Positions 16,821-25,770 of a stretch of 52,728 nt of DNA are shown here, piece after piece. The position numbers and the translations under genes are program-made. Source of the DNA: a virus (Duplodnaviria > Caudoviricetes); IMG/VR virus record IMGVR_UViG_3300024520_000099, positions 1 through 52,728 of that record. One strand, given 5' to 3'. The notes under the pieces were generated by a model. The model had not been told where the DNA came from and searched no databases. It saw nothing but the letters and a program-made list of their open reading frames with translations. How positions within the stretch are numbered: the first letter of the stretch is position 1; the number at the start of each line of letters is the position of its first letter.

Positions 16821-18033
16821 ACGCGGGTTCTTTGCAGGCTCGCAACTGGTGACCAAGGCCCCGATCGGGCTTCATCCCAAGTGTGGTGCCTGTGGTCTAC
16901 ACAAGAAATGCAACTCACCGAAACTACCTGTCGAGGGGAAGGGCGAACGCGGCATCATGGTAGTGGGTGAAGGTCCGTCCGCGGTGGAGGACGATGACGG
17001 GACACTGTGGGGTGACGCTGCTGGGAAGAAGCTACGAACACAACTGCAAATTCGTGGCATCGATCTCGATGAAGACTGCTGGTCAACCAAAGCCACAATC
17101 TGTCACACCACTGGAAAGCCCGGCGACGACATCACTGACTATTGCCGGCCGAACCTTACGAAGGCTATCAAGGAACGGAACCCGTCCGCGTTCTTGGTGC
17201 TTGGTGACTCAGCAGTACGCTCCCTGATTGGCGCCCTCTGGCGAGAGGCGCCAGGTTCAATCCACAAGTGGCAGGGCTGGACCATACCCTGCCAGAAGCT
17301 CAACGCCTGGATCCTACCAACGTTCAGGCCCGAGTTCGTTCTCAAGGAAGACAACCCTGTCCTGGACCAGATGTTCGAGGACACGTTGGAACGGTTGAGC
17401 GACATCGATGCTCGGCCGTTCGAGACACTACCAGATGAGAAGCGTGAGGTCGAACTGATACTGGACCCCGCCAAGGCAGCTCACATCATTCGCAAGATGA
17501 TCGAGAGGGGTGGCACAGTCGCATTCGACTACGAGACCAACATGCTGAAACCTGACAGTCCCGAAGCTACCATAGTGAGTTGCTCGGTCTGTTGGAACGG
17601 TAAGAAGACAATTGCATTCCCATGGCTCGGTGAAGCTATCACCGCCACCCGCGAATTGCTCCGCTCACCATTGGCCAAGATCGCAAGCAACTTGAAGTTC
17701 GAGGAACGGTGGACCCGTAGACTACTCAAGACGCGGGTTCGGAATTGGTGGTGGGACACAATGGTTGCCGCTCATGTGATCGACAACCGTCCTGGTATCA
17801 CCAGCATCAAGTTCCAGTCGTTCGTGCTACTTGGCTCGGACATCTGGGATGACCATGTTAGTCAGTTTTTGCATACGAAGGAGGGTTCGGGAGACGTCAA
17901 CCAGATACTCGAACAGGTCGATCTAAATGACCTGCTACTCTACAACGGGCTCGACAGTTTGCTCGAGTACCGTGTCGCGGAGAAGCAGATGAAGCACCTC
18001 AAGTACCCACTGCCCAAAGGGATGAAGAAATGA
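16813..18033 (+). CDS. Family-4 UDG-like domain fused to PolA 3'-5' exonuclease (N-terminal half of split polymerase)
   Basis: CGAC, IMVVGEGP, GDAAGKKL, YCRPNL; ExoI AFDYET, ExoII SNLKFE, DTMVAAH, ExoIII YNGLD. Confidence 0.85.
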   Translation: MNKRGFFAGSQLVTKAPIGLHPKCGACGLHKKCNSPKLPVEGKGERGIMVVGEGPSAVEDDDGTLWGDAAGKKLRTQLQIRGIDLDEDCWSTKATICHTTGKPGDDITDYCRPNLTKAIKERNPSAFLVLGDSAVRSLIGALWREAPGSIHKWQGWTIPCQKLNAWILPTFRPEFVLKEDNPVLDQMFEDTLERLSDIDARPFETLPDEKREVELILDPAKAAHIIRKMIERGGTVAFDYETNMLKPDSPEATIVSCSVCWNGKKTIAFPWLGEAITATRELLRSPLAKIASNLKFEERWTRRLLKTRVRNWWWDTMVAAHVIDNRPGITSIKFQSFVLLGSDIWDDHVSQFLHTKEGSGDVNQILEQVDLNDLLLYNGLDSLLEYRVAEKQMKHLKYPLPKGMKK

Positions 18034-18647
18034 AACAGTACGACGCACTTCAACGCGAAGTAGGACCGTGGAGCGTAGCCAACTTCGGCGACCAGGAATC
18101 GCCGTTCTTCTTGCTCAAGATGGAGCCGTTCCCGCCCGACTGGAAAGTCAACCACCCTATGCCACCGACGATGGTTTGCATGGGGAGCTTGGCTCCGCTC
18201 ATGGGTATCGTGGAAGAACTCGGAGAGCTGGCAGAGACCAAGGTGACCGCTGACCTCGAGGACGCTCTCGGAGACGTGTTCGTTTACCTGTGTGACTACT
18301 GCCACCGTGAAGGGTTCACACTACCCATCGGGCGACATCTCAAGTTCCAACTCGAGCCGCCGAACCTGGACGCGTTCGCGGGGATGATCGCCTACATCGG
18401 GAAGCTCTACCACGGCTGTCTGAAACGACATCAAGGCATTCGCGGGTTCGACAACGACGAGACATGGGAAGCTCACCGCAACTACTGTGTTGCCATGCTA
18501 CTCGTGTACATGCAGAAGTTCGCGGACGAGACACTCAACGAACGACTACTGGTCATCGCCAACAAGACGTGGACCAACGTGGTCCAGAAGCGAGACTGGA
18601 AGAAGTCGCCAACAGATGGTGGAGGTTTTGACCACTATGCGAATTGA
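18030..18647 (+). CDS. MazG-like nucleotide pyrophosphohydrolase
   Basis: GIVEELGELAE, LEDALGDVFVYL, WTNVVQKRDW. Confidence 0.75.
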   Translation: MKQYDALQREVGPWSVANFGDQESPFFLLKMEPFPPDWKVNHPMPPTMVCMGSLAPLMGIVEELGELAETKVTADLEDALGDVFVYLCDYCHREGFTLPIGRHLKFQLEPPNLDAFAGMIAYIGKLYHGCLKRHQGIRGFDNDETWEAHRNYCVAMLLVYMQKFADETLNERLLVIANKTWTNVVQKRDWKKSPTDGGGFDHYAN

Positions 18648-20004
18648 AGCAGCCACGCCCGAAGCGTACCGACTGTTCCACGATGGCGTCATAGCGTTCG
18701 CCGGCGTTGAGGAGAACGGTATTCGCATTGACACTGATTACCTTGACAATGAGATCACCCGCACCAAACGCCGCATCAAGAAGGGCGAAGATCATCTCAA
18801 GAAGTCAGATGTCTGGAAGGCGTGGAAGAAACGATTCGGTGGCAAAGCGAAGCTCGGTTCGAAGCCACAACTGGCGACCATGTTCTTTGATGAGATGGGC
18901 TATGTCCGTAGCGAAACTGGCAAACAACAAGATGAGGCAGCTTTCTCCAACGTCGACCACCCGTTCATCAAGAACTACTTCAAAGTCGAGAAGCTGAAGA
19001 AGGTCGTTGGGACATACCTCACTGGCATACGTCGTGAGGTGGTAGGTGACCGAGCCCACGTCTTTTTCAACCTGCACACTGTGAAGACCTACCGCGGAAG
19101 TGCCGACCGGTTCTCGTACCAGAACCTGCCAATACGAAACCCTGAAATGGGTGGCATCGTACGCAAGGCGTTCATCCCAAGCGACGGTCACGTCCTGGTT
19201 GAGATCGACTACTCGGGCCTCGAGTTCACCATGGCTGGGGCAATCACCAAGTGCCCACAGGTCAACCGATACATCGTGGAAGGCGGAGACCCGCACCGCG
19301 ACATGGCGGCACTCGTGTTCAAGTGCGAGCAAGACGAAGTCTCCAAGCAGATGAGGTACTGTGGGAAGAACCAGTTTGTCTTCCCCCTGCTGTACGGTTC
19401 TTACTACCGTTCTGTCGCTCCGGTACTTTGGTCGTCCATGGCTACGATGGACCTGAAGATAGGCGATGCGGGGCTGCTCGATCGCTTCGCGGGGATGGGC
19501 ATAGATGAGCTTGGAGACTTGGACCCACGCACCACCCATCCCGGGACATTCGAGCACCACATGAAGGAGTGCGAGAAGGAGTACACACAGAAACGGTTCA
19601 AGCAGTGTTTCGCGAATCAACGGAAGGCGTACGAGACCTATCGCAAGACCGGCCGTGTCGAGTTCGTCACAGGGTTCCAGGCTAGTGGGATGATGAGTCG
19701 TAACGACGTCTACAACTGGCGCATTCAAGGGCCGGCGTTTCACTGCCTACTGTGGTCAATGATCAAGCTTCACAACTGGCTGGTGAAGTCCAAGTTCAAG
19801 TCAATGATCGTGGGCCAGATCCACGACAGTATCATCGCAGACGTTCACGTAGACGAACTCGAAGACTACCTGTCTTATGCCAGGTATGTCATGACGCAAG
19901 AGATCCGCGAGCATTGGAAATGGCTATGCGTGCCCCTCGATGTTGAAGCGGAAGTCACACCCGAAGGCGGCACGTGGAATGACAAGAAGGTCCACCAGAT
20001 ATGA
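18637..20004 (+). CDS. polA: Family A DNA polymerase, polymerase domain only
   Basis: GIRID, YQNLP, motif A EIDYSGLE, motif B R..GKNQFVFPLLYG, IQGPA, motif C QIHDSI. Confidence 0.92.
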   Translation: MRIEAATPEAYRLFHDGVIAFAGVEENGIRIDTDYLDNEITRTKRRIKKGEDHLKKSDVWKAWKKRFGGKAKLGSKPQLATMFFDEMGYVRSETGKQQDEAAFSNVDHPFIKNYFKVEKLKKVVGTYLTGIRREVVGDRAHVFFNLHTVKTYRGSADRFSYQNLPIRNPEMGGIVRKAFIPSDGHVLVEIDYSGLEFTMAGAITKCPQVNRYIVEGGDPHRDMAALVFKCEQDEVSKQMRYCGKNQFVFPLLYGSYYRSVAPVLWSSMATMDLKIGDAGLLDRFAGMGIDELGDLDPRTTHPGTFEHHMKECEKEYTQKRFKQCFANQRKAYETYRKTGRVEFVTGFQASGMMSRNDVYNWRIQGPAFHCLLWSMIKLHNWLVKSKFKSMIVGQIHDSIIADVHVDELEDYLSYARYVMTQEIREHWKWLCVPLDVEAEVTPEGGTWNDKKVHQI

Positions 20005-20756
20005 GACTTGACACAGTACAAACTGAACGCGGCACGTTCGTAGTCCCCACTGAACGCTCAACACCATCGTTCAACACGAAGGTGAGGGCGGGTGGCTTTG
20101 AGTTGGAGAAACTGGACTGGTTCATGCACTACGCGACCAAGCACTACGGACCACGGGCCGGTCCGTTCATCGACGTAGGAGCCCACATCGGCACCACGGC
20201 AATTCCAGTAGCCATGATGGGGCACGAGGTCATAGCCATTGAGCCTGACCCACTATTGGTCGCGTGTCTCGCTGCGGGTGCATGGCTGTCGGGTGTCGAG
20301 CACAAGGTCCACATCAACCAAGCGGCAGCCCATAGCGATACCGAGAACGTCACCCTCCAACTGAACCCGCACCACGCCGGTGACAACCGTATCAAGGGAC
20401 CAGCGAACCCCGACGCAGAGAAGTGGGAATCGATTGAGGTCAGGACCGTTGTGTTGAACGACTGCATTGATCTACCTGGCTGGATGTGGATCGACGCACA
20501 GGGCCACGAAGCCCACGTCCTCGACGGTGGCAGTGTGTACGTCGGACGGGTGCCACTGTTCATGGAGTTCTTCCCACCACACATGAGCGAACCCTCGCAT
20601 CTGTTTGAAACACTGCAAGCCGCGTACCGCCACTTCATCGAATACGGAACTGACCTCGTACGACCAACGTCCCACTTGCCCACGCTCTACGCTGAGATGG
20701 TAGCGAAGGTGAAGAAGACCCCGAACATTCACACTGACCTGTTCTTCATAGGGTGA
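20001..20756 (+). CDS. FkbM-family SAM methyltransferase
   Basis: FIDVGAHIG, AIEPDP, WIDAQGHEAHVLDG, MEFFP. Confidence 0.88.
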   Translation: MRLDTVQTERGTFVVPTERSTPSFNTKVRAGGFELEKLDWFMHYATKHYGPRAGPFIDVGAHIGTTAIPVAMMGHEVIAIEPDPLLVACLAAGAWLSGVEHKVHINQAAAHSDTENVTLQLNPHHAGDNRIKGPANPDAEKWESIEVRTVVLNDCIDLPGWMWIDAQGHEAHVLDGGSVYVGRVPLFMEFFPPHMSEPSHLFETLQAAYRHFIEYGTDLVRPTSHLPTLYAEMVAKVKKTPNIHTDLFFIG

Positions 20757-20759
20757 CCC

Positions 20760-21002
20760 ATGACACAAGACGACAAAGACAAACAACGGAAACAGACCAA
20801 GCAGATGCACGACCTCGAGCAGGCGACCGCGACGATGGGCGAGATGTACCCGCCCCTCTGGCGCAACATCTACGTTCGCCTGAAGGAGGAAGGGTTCACA
20901 GAGCAGCAAGCGATGTCGATTCTCAAGGTCTACATCATGGCGAACTGCTCCGCGAATGGCATCTGGGTCAATGGCACTGAAACCCCGGACAAAGAACCAT
21001 GA
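20760..21002 (+). CDS. Hypothetical protein
   Basis: IYVRLKEEGFTEQQAMSIL; tight packing with neighbours. Confidence 0.65.
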   Translation: MTQDDKDKQRKQTKQMHDLEQATATMGEMYPPLWRNIYVRLKEEGFTEQQAMSILKVYIMANCSANGIWVNGTETPDKEP

Positions 21003-21343
21003 GCGAAAAGACACTGCCACTACGGGCGATCACGTACCAGCCCGTCGCAATGGGAACGTGCCCCGCATGCGAACTACCAGACGTGCCCATACGATTTGTC
21101 TTCAACCCATACGGTCCCGACGATCTGCTGTGTGTCCCCTGTGGAGACGCGAGGGATGCAGAGTTCGCGGAGCACCAACATCCCGACCAACCACACACGC
21201 CACATCCAGCCAGTGAAGCGGCTCGCGAATTGGGTGACGTGTTCTCGACGTTCCGAGATAACCTTGTCAAGAAGTATGGAGCCGACTCGGACAAGGTGAA
21301 ACGATATGACGGCACCCTCAAAGGAGACCAAGACGATGGATGA
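20999..21343 (+). CDS. Hypothetical Zn-finger protein
   Basis: CPAC..CVPC; ATGA overlap. Confidence 0.55.
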   Translation: MSEKTLPLRAITYQPVAMGTCPACELPDVPIRFVFNPYGPDDLLCVPCGDARDAEFAEHQHPDQPHTPHPASEAARELGDVFSTFRDNLVKKYGADSDKVKRYDGTLKGDQDDG

Positions 21344-22259
21344 TGTACTTTATCTGAAGCACCGACCCACTACGTTCAAGGCGGTGGTGGGACAACCCGA
21401 CGCAGTGAAGACCCTGGCTGCGATGGCGAAGAAACGGGTCTTCCCACACGCACTCGCGTTCTTCGGTGACAGTGGTTGTGGGAAGACCACGATGGCTCGC
21501 ATCACTGCGACGAAGCTCAAGTGTGGGAAGGCAGACTTCACAGAGGTCAACGCGGCGGAGTCACGCGGGATCGACATGGTTCGCCAGATCCAGAAACGTA
21601 TGGGCTTGTCACCCATCGCAGGGCCGGTTCGTGTGTGGCTCATTGACGAGTGCCACCAACTCACCGCGGAAGCTCAGGGTGCGTTTCTCAAGCTCCTGGA
21701 AGACACCCCCAAGCATGTCTACTTCATGCTGTGTACCACCGACCCACAGAAGTTGAAGACCACCATCAAGACGCGGTGCACCAAGATCGTTGTCAAACCA
21801 GTGAAGTCGCGAGACATGACCATACTGGTTGAGCGGGTTGCCAAGGTTGAGGGTATCACTCTCAATGAAGAGGTCACCGAGAAGATCGTTGAGTGTGCAG
21901 AAGGCTCGTGCCGGCAAGCACTGGTTTCGTTGAACGCGATCATGGGTATGGACGACCCTGAAGAGATGCTCGACGCGGTCTCTAGTGCTGACGTTGAAGC
22001 TGATGCGTTCGACCTAGCCAAGATGCTGATGAACGCCAAGTGTCAGTGGAATACGGTTGCCAAGAAGCTCAAGGAACTCGACGAACACGACCCCGAAGGC
22101 ATTCGTCGAATGGTGATGGGGTTCGCACGCGGATGTCTACTTGGGAAGGGCAACCACGAACGCGCATACAATGTCCTCGCATCGTTCGAGAACAACTTCT
22201 TCGACAGCGGCAAGGCTGGGCTGGCGAGGGCATGTTACGAAGTGGTGAAAGGGCTGTAG
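21336..22259 (+). CDS. dnaX: Clamp loader, DnaX (gamma/tau)-like AAA+ ATPase
   Basis: LKHRP..VVGQ, GDSGCGKTT, NAAESRGID, IDECHQLT, FLKLLED, TRC. Confidence 0.92.
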   Translation: MDDVLYLKHRPTTFKAVVGQPDAVKTLAAMAKKRVFPHALAFFGDSGCGKTTMARITATKLKCGKADFTEVNAAESRGIDMVRQIQKRMGLSPIAGPVRVWLIDECHQLTAEAQGAFLKLLEDTPKHVYFMLCTTDPQKLKTTIKTRCTKIVVKPVKSRDMTILVERVAKVEGITLNEEVTEKIVECAEGSCRQALVSLNAIMGMDDPEEMLDAVSSADVEADAFDLAKMLMNAKCQWNTVAKKLKELDEHDPEGIRRMVMGFARGCLLGKGNHERAYNVLASFENNFFDSGKAGLARACYEVVKGL

Positions 22260-22262
22260 CCC

Positions 22263-22277
22263 GTCCCGATAATACCA
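22263..22277 (+). promoter_or_regulatory. Recurrent motif GTCCCGATAATACCA
   Basis: Upstream of AGGAGG SD and ATG22294. Confidence 0.55.
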
Positions 22278-22293
22278 GCCAGGAGGACCAGCA

Positions 22294-22812
22294 ATGGCCA
22301 AAAGCAGAGCAGACCGAACGACGGAGAAGCAGGACGACTTCAGCTTCTTCGACATCGACGAACACAACCTGGACCGTGAGTGGGTCGAGCAACCTTCCCT
22401 CTACTTCAAGTGGGCCCGAAAGGTCGCCGATGCTCGCATGGTATTGGACGAAGCGAAAGCCGAGGTCGATGTGACCAAGGCAGAAGTCAGTCGCCTCATA
22501 CGCGACGACCCTGAAGACTTCGGATTGGAGAAGGTGACCGAGGCCGCTGTGACTGCCGCCATACCCGAGCACCCCGATATGATGCGGGCTGTGAAGGCAC
22601 TCAGCAAAGCGAAGCACGACGTCGATATCTACCAAGCCGCAGTGAATGCGTTGGACCACAGGAAGCGAGCACTCGAGAAGCTTGTGGACCTGCACGGCCA
22701 GAACTACTTCTCATCACCCAAAGCACCAGACCAAGACTCAGCCGCTTCGCTCGAGGAGAGTGGCAAACAACAGACGAGGCGAAAAGGTCGCCGCAACAGA
22801 GACGCTGAGTAG
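22294..22812 (+). CDS. UvsY-like recombination mediator (coiled coil)
   Basis: IDEHNLDREWVEQPSLY, KVTEAAV, ALDHRKRALEKL; adjacent to SSB and RecA. Confidence 0.55.
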   Translation: MAKSRADRTTEKQDDFSFFDIDEHNLDREWVEQPSLYFKWARKVADARMVLDEAKAEVDVTKAEVSRLIRDDPEDFGLEKVTEAAVTAAIPEHPDMMRAVKALSKAKHDVDIYQAAVNALDHRKRALEKLVDLHGQNYFSSPKAPDQDSAASLEESGKQQTRRKGRRNRDAE

Positions 22813-22818
22813 TTGATG

Positions 22819-22832
22819 GTCCCGACAGTACC
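22819..22832 (+). promoter_or_regulatory. Recurrent motif GTCCCGACAGTACC
   Basis: Upstream of the SSB gene. Confidence 0.55.
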
Positions 22833-22870
22833 GCAGGACCACTTCACAACCCCTAAAGAGGATTGAACTG

Positions 22871-24139
22871 ATGGCGAAAAGAACATCTGGCAAGCGGAAG
22901 CGTGTCAGCGGTAAGAAGCGAGCACAGGAGCACAAGAGCGGGTTCGATCGAACAGCGATCAACGTGCCCGATGGCTGTGACCTGTTCTCGCTCGGCAAGG
23001 AAGGCACGAAGCGGATTGAGATTGTCCCCTTCACTGCTGGAGCGGACAACCCATACGCCGACAAGGGCGAACTCCACTACGAGCGAACGTTCTTCACGCA
23101 TCGTGGTATCGGAGCCAGCGAGGACACCTACATCTGCCCGAAGAAGACGTGGGGCAAGAAGTGTCCGATCTGCGAGGCGAAGGCGAAGCTCTCCCAAGAC
23201 CCGGACGCCGACGAGGATGCGGTGAAGGCGCTCAAGTGGAGCGAGCGTCAGTTGTTCAACGTGTTCGATCATGGCGATCCCGACAAGGGTCTCCAGTTGT
23301 GGGACTTCACCTTCCACTGGTTCGGCAAGTTGCTCGACGCTCGTATCAAGAACCAGGAAGAGGACGACGAGTACGAATTCTTCGCCGACCCCGAAGACGG
23401 TTTCACCTTGAGACTGACCATCGAGGAATCGGATTTTGCGAAGGGCAAGTTCGAGGTCTCCGCGATCGACTTCAAGGCTCGCAAGAAACCGTTGGACGAG
23501 GAGCTGCTCGAGGCCGCTCTGATTCTCGACGACCTGCTGATCGAAGTTCCGTACGACAAGCTCAGCGACATCTTTCTCCAAGTCGACGGCCCCGATGAGA
23601 AGACGGGTGACGATGACGACGACGACGACGAGCCCGCAAAGAAGCCGCGGACCCGGAAGCCGAAGCCCTCATCCACCACCACCAAGAAGGGCGGTGGCAA
23701 GAAGCCCCCAAAGAAGGAGCCCGAACCGGAGGAGGACGAGGACGATGAAAGCTTCGACGCCGACGCAGACGGCGACTTCGAGGAGGATGAACCGGACGCC
23801 GACGAAGACGCCGGGGATGACTCTGACGGGGATGATGACGGCGACGATGATTGGGATGATGACGAAGGCGATGGCGACGGAGACGATTCGGATTCGGATG
23901 ATGACGGAGACGATGACGACCCCGATGGGGACGCCGCTGACGATACGGACGACGACGATGACGACGATTGGGACGACGACGACGACGTCCCTTTTGAAGA
24001 AGATGACGACGAAGAGCCCGACGAGGAACCGGCACCCAAGAAGAGCCGGTCGAGATCCTCGAAGTCGTCATCGAAGAAGGGCAAAGCATCAGGTTCGACA
24101 AAGAAACCGAGCCGGAGCCGGTCCCGCTCAAGCAAGTAA
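22871..24139 (+). CDS. gp32-like single-stranded DNA-binding protein with very long acidic tail
   Basis: H..YICPKKTWGKKCPICE zinc motif, FFADPEDG, D/E-rich C-terminus. Confidence 0.75.
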   Translation: MAKRTSGKRKRVSGKKRAQEHKSGFDRTAINVPDGCDLFSLGKEGTKRIEIVPFTAGADNPYADKGELHYERTFFTHRGIGASEDTYICPKKTWGKKCPICEAKAKLSQDPDADEDAVKALKWSERQLFNVFDHGDPDKGLQLWDFTFHWFGKLLDARIKNQEEDDEYEFFADPEDGFTLRLTIEESDFAKGKFEVSAIDFKARKKPLDEELLEAALILDDLLIEVPYDKLSDIFLQVDGPDEKTGDDDDDDDEPAKKPRTRKPKPSSTTTKKGGGKKPPKKEPEPEEDEDDESFDADADGDFEEDEPDADEDAGDDSDGDDDGDDDWDDDEGDGDGDDSDSDDDGDDDDPDGDAADDTDDDDDDDWDDDDDVPFEEDDDEEPDEEPAPKKSRSRSSKSSSKKGKASGSTKKPSRSRSRSSK

Positions 24140-24172
24140 GAAGGGTGACCGGAGTTGACGACGTGACCCGAG

Positions 24173-24204
24173 ATGACGCCGCCCTTTTCCGGGGCGGCGT
24201 TGTC
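24173..24204 (+). terminator. GC-rich stem-loop after SSB
   Basis: GACGCCGCCC-TTTTCC-GGGGCGGCGTT. Confidence 0.55.
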
Positions 24205-24239
24205 GTAGGGGACAACCACACAACCACAGGAGAGAGAAC

Positions 24240-25343
24240 GTGACAGACGACGACACAGGAGACGTGAAAGCGAAGCTACGGACCAAAGCCAAACGTCCCA
24301 AGCCGGTGGCTGGTGCAAAGCTCTTGTCCAGTGGCTCCACACTGCTCGACCTAGGCTGCTCAGGTTCACCACGAGGGGCGTATGCGAAGGGTCAGTACAT
24401 CTTCTTTGTCGGCGACAGTGATAGCGGCAAGACGTGGTACTCGATGACCCTGTTCGCCGAAGCAGCACGCAACAAGAAGTTCGACGACTACGACTTCATC
24501 TACGACCCAGCCGAGGGCGGGGCACAGATGGACATTGAATACTACTTCGGCGAAGACGTAGCAGACCGGCTCCAAGCACCACAGGAGAACGAAGACGGTG
24601 ATGGGGTCGCATCCGCGTTCGTGGAGGACTTCTACATCAACCTTGACCGTCGCTTGGACAGTGGGGTTCCCTGCATCTACGTGCTCGATTCCATGGATGC
24701 TCTCAACCCCCGCATAGCCGATGAGAAGTTCGAGGACGACCGCGATGCTATCGAGGCGGGGAAGGAAACGGGTGGCACGTATGGGACCGACAAAGCGAAG
24801 CTGAACTCGAACAACCTACGTCGGGTCATTCCCAAGCTCCGCGAGACTGGTTCTATCCTGGTCATCATCTCACAGACCCGGGACAACATCGGGTTCGGTG
24901 CACAGTACAACCCCAAGACGCGGGGCGGTGGTAGGGCACTCAAGTTCTACGCTGACATTGAGATCTGGACGAGCGTCAAGGGCGGTATCGCTAAGACTGT
25001 TCGCAAGAAGAAACGACACGTTGGCAACCTGTCGCTATGCAAGGTGAAGCGTAGTCGCCTGACCGGTCGCAAGGCCGAGGTCATTGTCCCGTTCTACCAT
25101 GAGCACGGCATAGACGATGTGGGGTCGTGTATCGAATACCTGATCGACGAAGGCCACTGGACCAAGCCCAAAGGCAAGAAGGTATTCGAGGCACCCGAGT
25201 TCGAGTTCACAGGGCAGGAAGAGAAGCTCATCCAGCTCATCGAGGAAGAAGGTCGCGAGAGGGAACTCAAGATTCTCGTGGGCACCGTATGGAAGGAAGT
25301 CCTTGAAGCATCCCGCGTGAAAAGGAAGCGTCGTTATGAGTGA
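24240..25343 (+). CDS. recA: RecA/UvsX recombinase
   Basis: SSGSTLLD, GDSDSGKT, VLDSMDAL, ISQTRD, GGRALKFYA. Confidence 0.92.
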   Translation: MTDDDTGDVKAKLRTKAKRPKPVAGAKLLSSGSTLLDLGCSGSPRGAYAKGQYIFFVGDSDSGKTWYSMTLFAEAARNKKFDDYDFIYDPAEGGAQMDIEYYFGEDVADRLQAPQENEDGDGVASAFVEDFYINLDRRLDSGVPCIYVLDSMDALNPRIADEKFEDDRDAIEAGKETGGTYGTDKAKLNSNNLRRVIPKLRETGSILVIISQTRDNIGFGAQYNPKTRGGGRALKFYADIEIWTSVKGGIAKTVRKKKRHVGNLSLCKVKRSRLTGRKAEVIVPFYHEHGIDDVGSCIEYLIDEGHWTKPKGKKVFEAPEFEFTGQEEKLIQLIEEEGRERELKILVGTVWKEVLEASRVKRKRRYE

Positions 25344-25770
25344 GTGGAACCAAGCCCAAGACGAGGTCATGCTGCTCATGGTCTTACAAGCCCAGACCAA
25401 GAACCAGTATCAACGAGCCCTTGCGAAAGTCGCCGACAAGCTTCGCAAGGGTGAAGAAGAACACCACGGAGGGTCCAGGACAAAGCGACGTGATGGAGAC
25501 CCATGTCGTAGACGTCTGTGGGGCCTGGCGGTACGCGCCGTCGAGTACCCTGGACCCTCCGTGGCACGTACAAGCCGTGAAGGCTTTGACTGGTCGTGGG
25601 CTGAGTTGCTGGTTCTCAAGTGGGCGTTCACCGAGCAACCCAAGCAAGCAGACGGCAAGCCTGCACCCGACAATGAGTACATCGCCTCGCTCTTGTACCG
25701 GACAGTTGACGAGGTCCGGGAGAAGCGGGGACTCGACAGACCCGAGACCAAAGGATTCGGAATATTATGA
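25336..25770 (+). CDS. Hypothetical protein ending in KGFGIL
   Basis: Overlaps both neighbours; WSWAELLVL..IASLLYRTVDEV is Myb/HTH-like. Confidence 0.65.
   Translation: MSEWNQAQDEVMLLMVLQAQTKNQYQRALAKVADKLRKGEEEHHGGSRTKRRDGDPCRRRLWGLAVRAVEYPGPSVARTSREGFDWSWAELLVLKWAFTEQPKQADGKPAPDNEYIASLLYRTVDEVREKRGLDRPETKGFGIL

Noticed and set aside
18030-18647. Possible intron, intein or hop interrupting polA
   Set aside because: Insert is MazG-like with no homing-endonuclease or splice features; both polymerase halves have their own stop, start and SD
23269-24468. 399-aa minus-strand poly-Ser ORF
   Set aside because: Antisense shadow of the GAC/GAT-rich SSB tail
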